NCBI GenBank assembly: GCA_900768755.1 | Contig: CAAGDV010000025.1 | Location: 39,355-103,354 of the forward strand | Source of the DNA: Lachnospiraceae bacterium | Lineage (GTDB): Bacteria > Bacillota > Clostridia > Lachnospirales > Lachnospiraceae | Reading direction: 5' to 3' | Length of the DNA stretch: 64,000 bases | Shown here: piece by piece, positions 9,999 to 17,655 of the stretch | Layout of the letters: the number at the start of each line of letters is the position of its first letter | Numbering within the stretch: the stretch's first letter is position 1 | Notes under the pieces: generated by a model | Seen by the model: the letters and a program-made list of their open reading frames with translations, nothing else | What the model was told of the DNA's origin: nothing | Database searches by the model: none | Made by a program: the position numbers and the translations under genes

Positions 9999-11321
9999 AT
10001 AAGGCAGGGCGAGATTATTTTTGGCAGATATCGGATTGACAGACTGCTTGGAGCCGGAGCCTTCGGGAAAGTCTATCTCGTTGAACATATTTATCTGAAG
10101 ACATATCGTGCACTTAAGTGCATCAACAGATGTCAGGATTCCCTTGATATGGCCCATAGGGAAGCGGACATTCTTAAGAATCTCAGACACCCTCTTATTC
10201 CGATAATCTACGATATAGAAGAGAATGATGAGAGCGTATGCATTATCGAGGAATATGTTGAGGGAATGTCGTTGGACTCACTAATAACAGACAATCATAA
10301 GTTTTCGATTAAGGAGATAATCCGGATATCGAGACAACTGTGTTCGGTGGTGAAATACCTGCACGATAACGGTATTTATCATCAGGACATAAAAGCCGAG
10401 AACATAATATGCAATGCCGGAAACATAAGGCTTATCGATTACGGGAACGCAGTTCATTCCACTAAGATACAGAAGATTCGGATGGGAAGTAAGTGGTATG
10501 CGGCACCGGAGGTATATGACGGAAAGCCCGGTGATGAACGGCAGGATATTTATTCAATCGGGGTTGTGATGCTTATGATGGCGGCAGGAAAGCCGGATAT
10601 GGACGCCATTAAAGGCTGCCCACAAGCTTTTGGTTCGGTGGTGGCAAAGTGTCTGGCTCACCAGAGCATTCGCAGATACCGGAGTGTATCGGAACTTGAC
10701 AATGCTCTTTATAAGATTAACACAAAGAAGTCTGTAACAGGTAACACATCCCGGAGAATACTGTTTATGGGGGCGCATTCCCATTGCGGTACCACTCACT
10801 GTGCAAGAATGGCAGCGGCATTTTTTTCTGCGTCGGGCAGAAAGGTTCTGCTTCGTGAGATTAACCGTTCCAAAGAGCTGATTCACATTATTTTTGAATC
10901 GGGCAGGGTGTATCTCGACCGCGGCATTTTCAGTGCTTTTGGCATGAACTGCCTTCCGTACTCGGGAGGCTGCGTGGCGTGGGATTTTGAGCAGGATTAC
11001 GACATCATCATATATGACTGCGGAGATTTAATAAGCAATGCAGTGAGAGAGGATGTGCATGCCGATGAAGTCTGTATAGTGACGGGGGCAAGGGGATATG
11101 AGCTGCAGGAACTTAAGGACATATACAGCGAGGTCCGCAAAACGGGAGTGTGCGACGGCGCAAAGCTGCATACACTTCTTAACTTCTGTGATGCGGGATT
11201 GTATATGAAGGCCGTGAGAACCGGGCAGACACAAAACCCCATAAGAGTTCCGTATATGCCGGATATACGGGGAAAAATACTTAAGAAACAGGGAAGGATA
11301 TTTTGCGCGGAAAAAAGATAA
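9999..11321 (+). CDS. Hanks-type Ser/Thr protein kinase fused to a degenerate ParA/MinD-fold domain (no canonical start codon)
   Basis: Kinase motifs GAGAFGKV, RALK, HQDIKAENI, DYG, APE. C-terminal domain has pseudo-Walker A GAHSHCGTTH, Walker B IIIYDCGD and a VPY tail. The first ATG is at 10149. SD gggaga sits 7 nt before ATA at 9999, and translation from there reads MRQGEIIFGRYRIDRLLGAGAFGKVY. Confidence 0.6.
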   Translation: MRQGEIIFGRYRIDRLLGAGAFGKVYLVEHIYLKTYRALKCINRCQDSLDMAHREADILKNLRHPLIPIIYDIEENDESVCIIEEYVEGMSLDSLITDNHKFSIKEIIRISRQLCSVVKYLHDNGIYHQDIKAENIICNAGNIRLIDYGNAVHSTKIQKIRMGSKWYAAPEVYDGKPGDERQDIYSIGVVMLMMAAGKPDMDAIKGCPQAFGSVVAKCLAHQSIRRYRSVSELDNALYKINTKKSVTGNTSRRILFMGAHSHCGTTHCARMAAAFFSASGRKVLLREINRSKELIHIIFESGRVYLDRGIFSAFGMNCLPYSGGCVAWDFEQDYDIIIYDCGDLISNAVREDVHADEVCIVTGARGYELQELKDIYSEVRKTGVCDGAKLHTLLNFCDAGLYMKAVRTGQTQNPIRVPYMPDIRGKILKKQGRIFCAEKR

Positions 11322-11884
11322 ATGAACAGGACAGGAATGTTGGTGTCGTAGGTATAGTCGGAACCGGAAACGGTGTCGGCGTCACACACACGGCGTATAT
11401 GCTCGCAGCTTTTTTTGCGGGAGTTATGGGATGCCGGGTGGCAGTGTACGAATATATATCGCTCAGTTTCCCTTGGCAGGCGGAGATTATACACAAAAAA
11501 TTTAATCACAGGGATATTAATATATATTCTCGAACTGATGGCGATGAACTCTACGATGTCATCAATCAGGGATATGACTGCGTCATTGTTGATTTTGGAA
11601 GTGAGTACGACAAAAACCGTTCGGAGTTTCTTATGTGCACACATAAAATAGTTGTCGGAAGTCTTGTCTGGTGGAATATTAGCGACTATGTGGGATTTAT
11701 CGCCAGAACCGAGGGAGAGAAATCGCGAAAGCACTGGATTTTTCTCGCGACTTCGCCGGTTGATGAGGGAATACGGTATCTCAAAAAATTAGGAATAAGT
11801 GTACAGTCGGTTCCCTATGAGCCGGACCCTCTGCGTCTTGACGAGAAAGGTCTTAATTGGGCCGGACAGCTTCCGCTTAGATGA
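11303..11884 (+). CDS. degenerate ParA/MinD-fold protein (pseudo-ATPase), paralog of the kinase C-terminal domain
   Basis: GIVGTGNGVGVTHTA aligns to the deviant Walker A GKGGVGKTT with both lysines replaced. Walker B is VIVDFG and the tail is SVPYEPDP. TTG start follows RBS gggaagga. Overlaps the kinase gene by 19 nt. Confidence 0.5.
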   Translation: MRGKKINEQDRNVGVVGIVGTGNGVGVTHTAYMLAAFFAGVMGCRVAVYEYISLSFPWQAEIIHKKFNHRDINIYSRTDGDELYDVINQGYDCVIVDFGSEYDKNRSEFLMCTHKIVVGSLVWWNISDYVGFIARTEGEKSRKHWIFLATSPVDEGIRYLKKLGISVQSVPYEPDPLRLDEKGLNWAGQLPLR

Positions 11885-11965
11885 AATTCGGTGGACGGGT
11901 GTAATTATATATCACATTTTACAGACAACCACCTCCTAATGAGCGTCCGCCGGGACGGAACAAAT

Positions 11966-12187
11966 ATGAAAAAGTATATACGAATCGCAGGTAATCCGCT
12001 CTATAATGAATTGTGCAGTCTGAACAGTATGGGCATTTCATTGATTGTTGATGACAGGAAGGTGACTCCGCATGAGGGAGCACTCTCTATGCTCGTTGCG
12101 GAGCCGGACTGCACATATATGCGCGATTACCACTATGAAGGCGGTGAAATCAAAGAAATAAGATTTGACCGCATTACAATTAAATGA
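11966..12187 (+). CDS. small hypothetical protein (73 aa)
   Basis: ORF MKKYIRIAG… with a weak SD. Convergent with the LytTR regulator. No motifs recognised. Confidence 0.25.
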   Translation: MKKYIRIAGNPLYNELCSLNSMGISLIVDDRKVTPHEGALSMLVAEPDCTYMRDYHYEGGEIKEIRFDRITIK

Positions 12188-12361
12188 CACGAGACCCCTA
12201 ATGCGTGTCACCATAACAGAAATCGTCCTCACGGAAAATAGAATTCCGGGGGACGATTTACTTAACTATACAGGTATAGTGTTCCGGGGATTTAAAAGAG
12301 TCTTTATAGGCTCTTCCGATTGGAATGTGAGTGTCATGGATATCAATGTAACGCCCATGAA

Positions 12362-12973
12362 TCATGCGAATGTAATTTGAGTTAACAATATACGATTTGT
12401 GGAACGCAAAAAGTAAGTGCACTTTTTCTTAAGGCGTGCATAAAGTGAGCCAAGTGATTCATTTACTTCAATCAGTTTACTGCTGTTCGTGTGAATAATG
12501 ACCTTGCGGTTGATGGATTCCAAATACACAATATTATTCACAGAAACAGATTGTGTATTTCTGTTACACACAATCCGGATCATGTTATTGTCTGAATCGA
12601 GTCTGCATATTAGTTTATTCATAACATTAGCAAAATCATCGTGCGATACAGGCTTTGCAAGAAAATCAAACGGATGCAGTGAAAACAACCGGGCAAGATT
12701 ATCGGTGTGAGAAGATACAAACACAATATATATATTCTCATCAACATCTATTTCTCTTAATGACAGACCGATGGTGTAACCATCAATTTCAGGCATCTCA
12801 ATATCAATAAAGACAATATCATACAGCTTGTCATTACGGCAGGTGTCGATAAAACATTTCCCGTCGGAATAAGCATCAATAACGGCGTTATTAAGATTCG
12901 GCAGCCGGCGAATGAATTCGAAAAGAGTCTGATATAAATAAGGCTCGTCACTAACAATTGCGATATTGTACAT
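12362..12973 (-). CDS. LytTR-family response regulator (REC + LytTR), orphan
   Basis: REC: MYNIAIVSDE…IVFIDIEMPEIDG…FLAKP. C-terminal LytTR-like region (IVYLESINRKVIIHT…FLRS). ATG at 12973 with RBS aaggaggga. The tracked ORF has a spurious N-terminal extension. Confidence 0.75.
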   Translation of the reverse strand: MYNIAIVSDEPYLYQTLFEFIRRLPNLNNAVIDAYSDGKCFIDTCRNDKLYDIVFIDIEMPEIDGYTIGLSLREIDVDENIYIVFVSSHTDNLARLFSLHPFDFLAKPVSHDDFANVMNKLICRLDSDNNMIRIVCNRNTQSVSVNNIVYLESINRKVIIHTNSSKLIEVNESLGSLYARLKKKCTYFLRSTNRILLTQITFA

Positions 12974-13341
12974 AAATCCCTCCTTACATAAAAATATAAT
13001 ACTATAAATTATGGATTGTTGCAATATCAGGATCAAAAATTGTTTTGACACGTGTAGATGGTTGTTTGCACATGTTAAACTGTCGTTTGTACCATTTCGC
13101 ACACAAGCGGACGATATTGTGATATAATAACTTAATAGATACATAACGGCAGTAGACATATTTCATATGCATAAAGACTAACTATTAAAAGTCAAGTCTT
13201 AAAATGATATTTTTGAATAAAGTACAGAAATGTATTTTAGATATATTTTGAACTCAGTTGGAGTTCTTTGTTCTTTGAAAACTGCATGACAAAAAGAGCA
13301 TCGTGATAGGTGCTCAAAAAGGAGTATGGAATTAGAATTGA

Positions 13342-14517
13342 TTAAGCCGCTTTGATGTATTGTTGATTCGATTTCTCAAGATGATAAATGACTCGAACCA
13401 GTTTTTTTACAGCATGTGATATGGCGACGTTATAGTGTTTACCTTCTGCTCGTTTTTTGGCGAGATAGGCTGCAAAAGTTGGATCCCAATGACAGACGTA
13501 TTTAGCTGCGTTGTACAAAGCATACCGAAGATAACGAGAACCTCGTTTTTCCATATGTGCGTAAGCACTATCCAGTTGCCCAGATTGGTATGTAGATGGT
13601 GAGAAACCGGCATAAGCCAGGATTTTATCTGGAGAATCAAAACGACTGAAATCACCAATCTCAGCAATAATCATAGCACCCATACGATAGTTAATTCCTG
13701 GTATGCTAAGAATTGGAGAATTGATTTCATCCATCATGACTTTGATTTCATTTTCGATTTCATCAATTTCTGAATCAAGTTCCTGAATTAACTTGATGGT
13801 GTGTTTCAGCTCCAGTGATTTTGCCGGCATATTTGAGCCGATAGAAGCTCTGGCGGCTTCTCTAAATGTAATAGAAGTATCTTTACCATATCGGCCTTTA
13901 GAAGCTTCTGAAAGAAGATTGGTAAGCCGGGTAAGATGAGCAGTAGCTACTTGTTTAGCGCCGGGAAACTCAGATAGCATTGCATATACGGATGCCATAT
14001 GAAGTGTCGGTACTAGTTTTTCTAATTCAGGGAATAAGATACAGACAAGTCTTGAAACGGAAGTTTTCAGTTTGGCACGCTCTTTTACTTTATCAAAACG
14101 ATAACGAGTTAATGACTTTAGCTCTTCGTTGTGATAAGATATGTCTGAGTAGGACTTTAAGTTCACATCAGACATCAGCATAGAAGCAATCGTGCGGGCA
14201 TCTACTTTATCCGTTTTCGTCTGTCTAAGGCTTAGACTTTTTCTGTACAGATTTGTATGTAACGGATTGATAACATAGGCGGGCAAACCTTTATCAATGA
14301 GATATCCTAGAAGATTGTAGCTATAGTGTCCTGTGGCTTCCAGTCCTACTTTTACTTTTGTTACATCTTCCATAACGGATTCAATCTTTCGATAAAGTTC
14401 ATTGAAACCATCTAGGTTGTTAGCGATGGGAAATGCTTTAAATAACACTTCTCCATCAGAATTGGTGATGAAGCAATCATGCTTATCCTTGGCAACATCA
14501 ATTCCTACGTAAATCAT
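13342..14517 (-). CDS. IS110-family transposase (DEDD RuvC-like N-terminus + C-terminal Tnp domain)
   Basis: MIYVGIDVAKDKHD…LEATGHY…, 391 aa. RBS aaggag (revcomp of ctcctt at 14524-14529). Confidence 0.9.
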   Translation of the reverse strand: MIYVGIDVAKDKHDCFITNSDGEVLFKAFPIANNLDGFNELYRKIESVMEDVTKVKVGLEATGHYSYNLLGYLIDKGLPAYVINPLHTNLYRKSLSLRQTKTDKVDARTIASMLMSDVNLKSYSDISYHNEELKSLTRYRFDKVKERAKLKTSVSRLVCILFPELEKLVPTLHMASVYAMLSEFPGAKQVATAHLTRLTNLLSEASKGRYGKDTSITFREAARASIGSNMPAKSLELKHTIKLIQELDSEIDEIENEIKVMMDEINSPILSIPGINYRMGAMIIAEIGDFSRFDSPDKILAYAGFSPSTYQSGQLDSAYAHMEKRGSRYLRYALYNAAKYVCHWDPTFAAYLAKKRAEGKHYNVAISHAVKKLVRVIYHLEKSNQQYIKAA

Positions 14518-14529
14518 AATAAATCTCCT

Positions 14530-14830
14530 TTGAAATGTATTTGATACTGTTTTAGAACCACAGGTGCTCCTTGCGATTGTAACCTCGTTCTAAATAAACC
14601 GTCATGCGGTATCTAACTGATTAACAAATGAACAAAGAGACTGTGGTTGGAGCCTTTCCTAAACCATCTGGTGGTAGGAGAAGTAACCAATCCACAGCAT
14701 CTTATATATCATAGTCTAACCTACGGAAGAGGTAAAGAAGAGACTATGACTTAATAGTATTAAAGACCTTGGAGAGGGTCTCTAAAAACTACTACTATAT
14801 AATACGAGGGAGGATTTCTTTTCACTTAAG
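14530..14830 (-). ncRNA. candidate IS110 bridge (seek) RNA in the 5' non-coding region of the transposase
   Basis: Long stem ctgtggttgg…ccaatccacag (14640-14698) and hairpin agaccttggagagggtct (14765-14784). The position matches IS110-subgroup bridge-RNA placement. Confidence 0.35.
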
Positions 14831-14863
14831 CTGCATTATGTGAGGGATGAGTTGGTGGAAGCA

Positions 14864-14889
14864 CATGTGGAGTAATTATATGTGGAGTA
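14864..14889. repeat. 11-nt direct repeat atgtggagtaa x2
   Basis: Copies at 14864-14874 and 14879-14889, separated by ttat. Confidence 0.6.
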
Positions 14890-14891
14890 AC

Positions 14892-14999
14892 TATCCTTCT
14901 GTGGGTACGTTCGCACTTATGTTGGAAACGTAGCGGACACTAAGATTGCAAAATACGCAATCTAAGTGCCGACGTTTCCAAAAAACCCACAGAAGGATA
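14892..14999. repeat. triple-nested perfect inverted repeats (cruciform/REP-like element)
   Basis: Outer 15-bp arms tatccttctgtgggt/acccacagaaggata. Middle 10-bp ttggaaacgt/acgtttccaa. Inner 6-bp gattgc/gcaatc. Confidence 0.8.
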
Positions 15000-15009
15000 A
15001 TTACATCCC

Positions 15010-15100
15010 GGGCTGTGCAAAGCGGAGGGATATTGGCACCTGAGGGTACGCAAAACGGAGGGACAATGATATCTCTGGGTGTGTGATGCGGACAAGCATT
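15010..15100. repeat. three degenerate ~30-nt tandem repeats (gYRcaaaRcggaSggaNa…)
   Basis: gtgcaaagcggagggatattgg, gtacgcaaaacggagggacaatg, gtgtgatgcggacaagcattgg. Confidence 0.5.
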
Positions 15101-15129
15101 GGAATGCTTCGATGTGGCGTTGGTATATT
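15099..15129 (+). promoter_or_regulatory. putative arsC promoter (extended -10)
   Basis: -35 TTGGAA, 19-nt spacer, TGgTATATT. Confidence 0.35.
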
Positions 15130-15154
15130 AAAAATGTTTTAAGAGGTTTTGATT

Positions 15155-15565
15155 ATGGATAAGAAGAGAGTGGCATTTATCTGTGTGCATAATTCCTGCA
15201 GAAGTCAGATTGCGGAGGCGCTCGGAAAACATCTGGCAGGAGATTGCTTTGAGTTTTATTCTGCCGGAACGGAGATAAAGCCTCAGATTAATCAGGATGC
15301 TGTAAGGCTTATGAATGAAATCTATAATATCGATATGGAGGCCAATGGTCAGCACAGCAAGCTCGTTGCAAAACTTCCGGAGATTGATATTGCAATCGCC
15401 ATGGGGTGCAATGTCGGCTGCCCGTTTGTTGGACGGCCATTTGATGACGACTGGGGTCTTGACGACCCGACCGGCAAATCGGATGAGGAGTTTCGACGGG
15501 TTATCAGCCGGATAGAGGGAAAAATTTTGGAGCTCAGAAATCATATTACAATGCAACCGAGATGA
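15155..15565 (+). CDS. arsC: arsenate reductase (LMW-PTP family, thioredoxin-coupled)
   Basis: CVHNSCRSQ (CX5R P-loop), downstream Cys pair …DWGLDDP…. RBS aagagg. ATG at 15155. Confidence 0.8.
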   Translation: MDKKRVAFICVHNSCRSQIAEALGKHLAGDCFEFYSAGTEIKPQINQDAVRLMNEIYNIDMEANGQHSKLVAKLPEIDIAIAMGCNVGCPFVGRPFDDDWGLDDPTGKSDEEFRRVISRIEGKILELRNHITMQPR

Positions 15566-15655
15566 TGATTTTGAGCAGATAAAAGGAAAAAATCTGTTTC
15601 ACACTTTTTGTCCAGAAATGGTCAGAAACGCTGTAAATATTTTGGAGGAAATGAT

Positions 15656-15693
15656 TGCGGAAGGCTTATTTTGAAACCTTCTGCTTTTTTTGT
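15656..15693 (+). terminator. intrinsic terminator after arsC
   Basis: Stem gcggaagg/ccttctgc (one G·U pair) followed by a T7 run. Confidence 0.5.
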
Positions 15694-15726
15694 AACAGCG
15701 AATGAATTATTCTTCCGCACTCAACC

Positions 15727-15751
15727 CCCTCCTATGGAGGGACTTTTTGCC
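15727..15751 (+). terminator. second hairpin+T-run
   Basis: ccctcc tat ggaggg followed by actttttg. Confidence 0.4.
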
Positions 15752-15917
15752 TTGCAAACCCCAAAATCTTTCCATGACATGACTTAAATAGCATTTTAAA
15801 CCAAAAAAGAGGGAGATTGACAGAAAATACCCCCTAAAAGAGGGGTGAAGGGGGTGAGATGGGTTTGGTACTATATACTCAACAAAGGGAAAACACTTTA
15901 TGTATGGAGGGAACATA

Positions 15918-17414
15918 ATGAAAACAAGAGCAATGAAGAGAATCGTATCTTTTGCATTGACAATGGCTGTTGCAGTAACAATGATTGCAGCAGGATTTAT
16001 TACAAAAGCTAAGGCTGATGTGAATGTATTCGAGACATATCTTGATGATTTAAAGTATACAGGCAAGTTTGTTGTATACGCTGACACATTTTTTCAGAGA
16101 TGCCATATCGACGGAAATATCGCAGTTAATTCTCTTGAAGAAGCGGCAGAGGGAATCAAGTCGCCTGTCAACTATTACTCATATGTTGCCGATGGAAACG
16201 GAAAGAGTTATTCATACCTTAACGGAAATACATATCTTTTCGGAAACAATGTTTTGCCGGGCAATCTTAACGGCGGAAGCAGATATATGAATCTTAACGG
16301 AAACACAAATGCTGCATCAATTATTGCAAAAGAAATGGGTCTTAGTTCTTCTAAGGTGGCTAAAGAAATCGAAATCAGAGATATGCTTGGCACAATCAGT
16401 GCGGCATCTGCTGCAGTAAGAAAAACAATGAGCACCGGGTACACAGGACTTGCAGCACTTAACAGAGTAAACACCTCCGCTACATATAATTATATATTCG
16501 CAACAGTACAGGACATCGCTAATTCAGAGTTTATCAAAGCAGTTGACAGATATACATCAACAGTTCTTAACGGAACCAACAAGGTGCTTGTTATCATGGT
16601 AATTCCGAATGCACAGACAGCATCAATTAACTTCAATGAGCCGATGAACGGAACAGCAGGATATTCCACAGCATCAGGTAACCTTATCTGGGATTTCGCA
16701 GACTTCACAGGTTCAGTAGTTATCAATGCAACAGCAGACGGTGTATTTGTAGCACCGAACGGAAGCGTAGTTAACAATGCACCGGTAGACGGAAGAATCG
16801 TTGCCAAGACAGTTGAGCAGCAAGGACAGGAGATTCACTATCCTATCGGCAGCATGGAGTGGGAGAAAGAGACAACAACAGAAGCTACAACCTCAACAAC
16901 GGAGGAAGCAACCACAACAACAGAAGAGGTAACTACAACAACAGAGGAAGCAACCACAACAACAGAGGAAGCAACCACAACAACAGAAGAGGTAACTACA
17001 ACAACAGAGGAAGCAACCACCACTACAGAGGCTACTACCACAACAACAGAAGCTGCAACCACAACAACAGAAGAAGCTACTACGACAACAGAAGCTGCAA
17101 CCACAACAACAGAGGAAGCAACCACCACTACAGAGGCTACTACCACAACAACTGAAGAAGCTACCACCACAACAGAGGAAGAGACAACAACAGATGAGCC
17201 TGCTACAACAAAGAGCGGCGAAGTTGAGGCTGACGAGGAGACAACCACAACAACAGAAGAGCGTACTACTACAAGAAGGGGTGGCGAAGTTGAGGCTGAT
17301 GAGGAGGCCAACACAGGTGACAGCGGAATGCTCGAAGTATATAGCATTCTTATGGTAATCTCAGGATTTGGTGTTGCAGGACTCGGAGCAGTCGCTTTCA
17401 TCAAGAAAAGATAA
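15918..17414 (+). CDS. cell-surface protein with signal peptide, Thr/Glu-rich tandem-repeat stalk and C-terminal TM anchor
   Basis: MKTRAMKRIVSFALTMAVAVTMIAAGFITKAKA signal. (TTTEEATTTTEEV)n repeats. C-terminal …NTGDSGMLEVYSILMVISGFGVAGLGAVAFIKKR with no LPXTG. RBS ggaggg. Confidence 0.7.
   Translation: MKTRAMKRIVSFALTMAVAVTMIAAGFITKAKADVNVFETYLDDLKYTGKFVVYADTFFQRCHIDGNIAVNSLEEAAEGIKSPVNYYSYVADGNGKSYSYLNGNTYLFGNNVLPGNLNGGSRYMNLNGNTNAASIIAKEMGLSSSKVAKEIEIRDMLGTISAASAAVRKTMSTGYTGLAALNRVNTSATYNYIFATVQDIANSEFIKAVDRYTSTVLNGTNKVLVIMVIPNAQTASINFNEPMNGTAGYSTASGNLIWDFADFTGSVVINATADGVFVAPNGSVVNNAPVDGRIVAKTVEQQGQEIHYPIGSMEWEKETTTEATTSTTEEATTTTEEVTTTTEEATTTTEEATTTTEEVTTTTEEATTTTEATTTTTEAATTTTEEATTTTEAATTTTEEATTTTEATTTTTEEATTTTEEETTTDEPATTKSGEVEADEETTTTTEERTTTRRGGEVEADEEANTGDSGMLEVYSILMVISGFGVAGLGAVAFIKKR
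16868..17185 (+). repeat. in-frame tandem ~36-nt coding repeats (Thr/Glu/Ala)
   Basis: Repeated acaacagaggaagcaaccacaacaaca units. The antisense ORF 16838..17404 is an artefact of the repeats. Confidence 0.85.
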
Positions 17415-17460
17415 TCAGAAGAATTGAACAGTCAGAAAAGTATATATAAGGTTGAATGTT

Positions 17461-17491
17461 TAGGGCTGTCACGGGCGTGTGATAGCCCTAC
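17461..17491 (+). terminator. hairpin terminator after the surface-protein gene
   Basis: 8-bp stem tagggcta/tagcccta followed by a weak T-tract. Confidence 0.4.
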
Positions 17492-17545
17492 TGATTTATA
17501 TTGAACATTTTGTCAGAAAAGTTATATATACGACAAATGCCATAA

Positions 17546-17586
17546 AATCAACGGCTGAATGCTAAACAGATTAGCCTTCAGCCGTA
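17546..17586 (-). terminator. terminator downstream of the MacB-like gene
   Basis: 9-bp stem acggctgaa/ttcagccgt. On the minus strand it is followed by tgattttatgg. Confidence 0.45.
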
Positions 17587-17655
17587 TCATTATCATAGAA
17601 GATATATTTTACAGACTTTATTTCATAGTCGTCTCTTGCTTAATATTTGACGAAT

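Larger units (their letters stand above)
13250..14870 (-). mobile_element. IS110-family insertion sequence (boundaries approximate)
   Basis: Transposase plus about 350-nt structured 5' region and short 3' region. No terminal IRs are expected for IS110. Hairpin gaactcagttggagttc lies at 13247-13266 near the 3' side. Confidence 0.5.

Noticed and set aside
12165-12380. 71-aa plus-strand ORF downstream of the small hypothetical gene
   Set aside because: No RBS. It overlaps hairpins and the 3' end of the LytTR gene, with no recognisable features.
16838-17404. 188-aa minus-strand ORF rich in V/S/A (VVVVASS…) and plus-strand ORF 16859..17155 (N/R/G-rich)
   Set aside because: Alternative-frame readouts of the Thr/Glu tandem repeats inside the surface-protein gene. 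Low complexity, no RBS.
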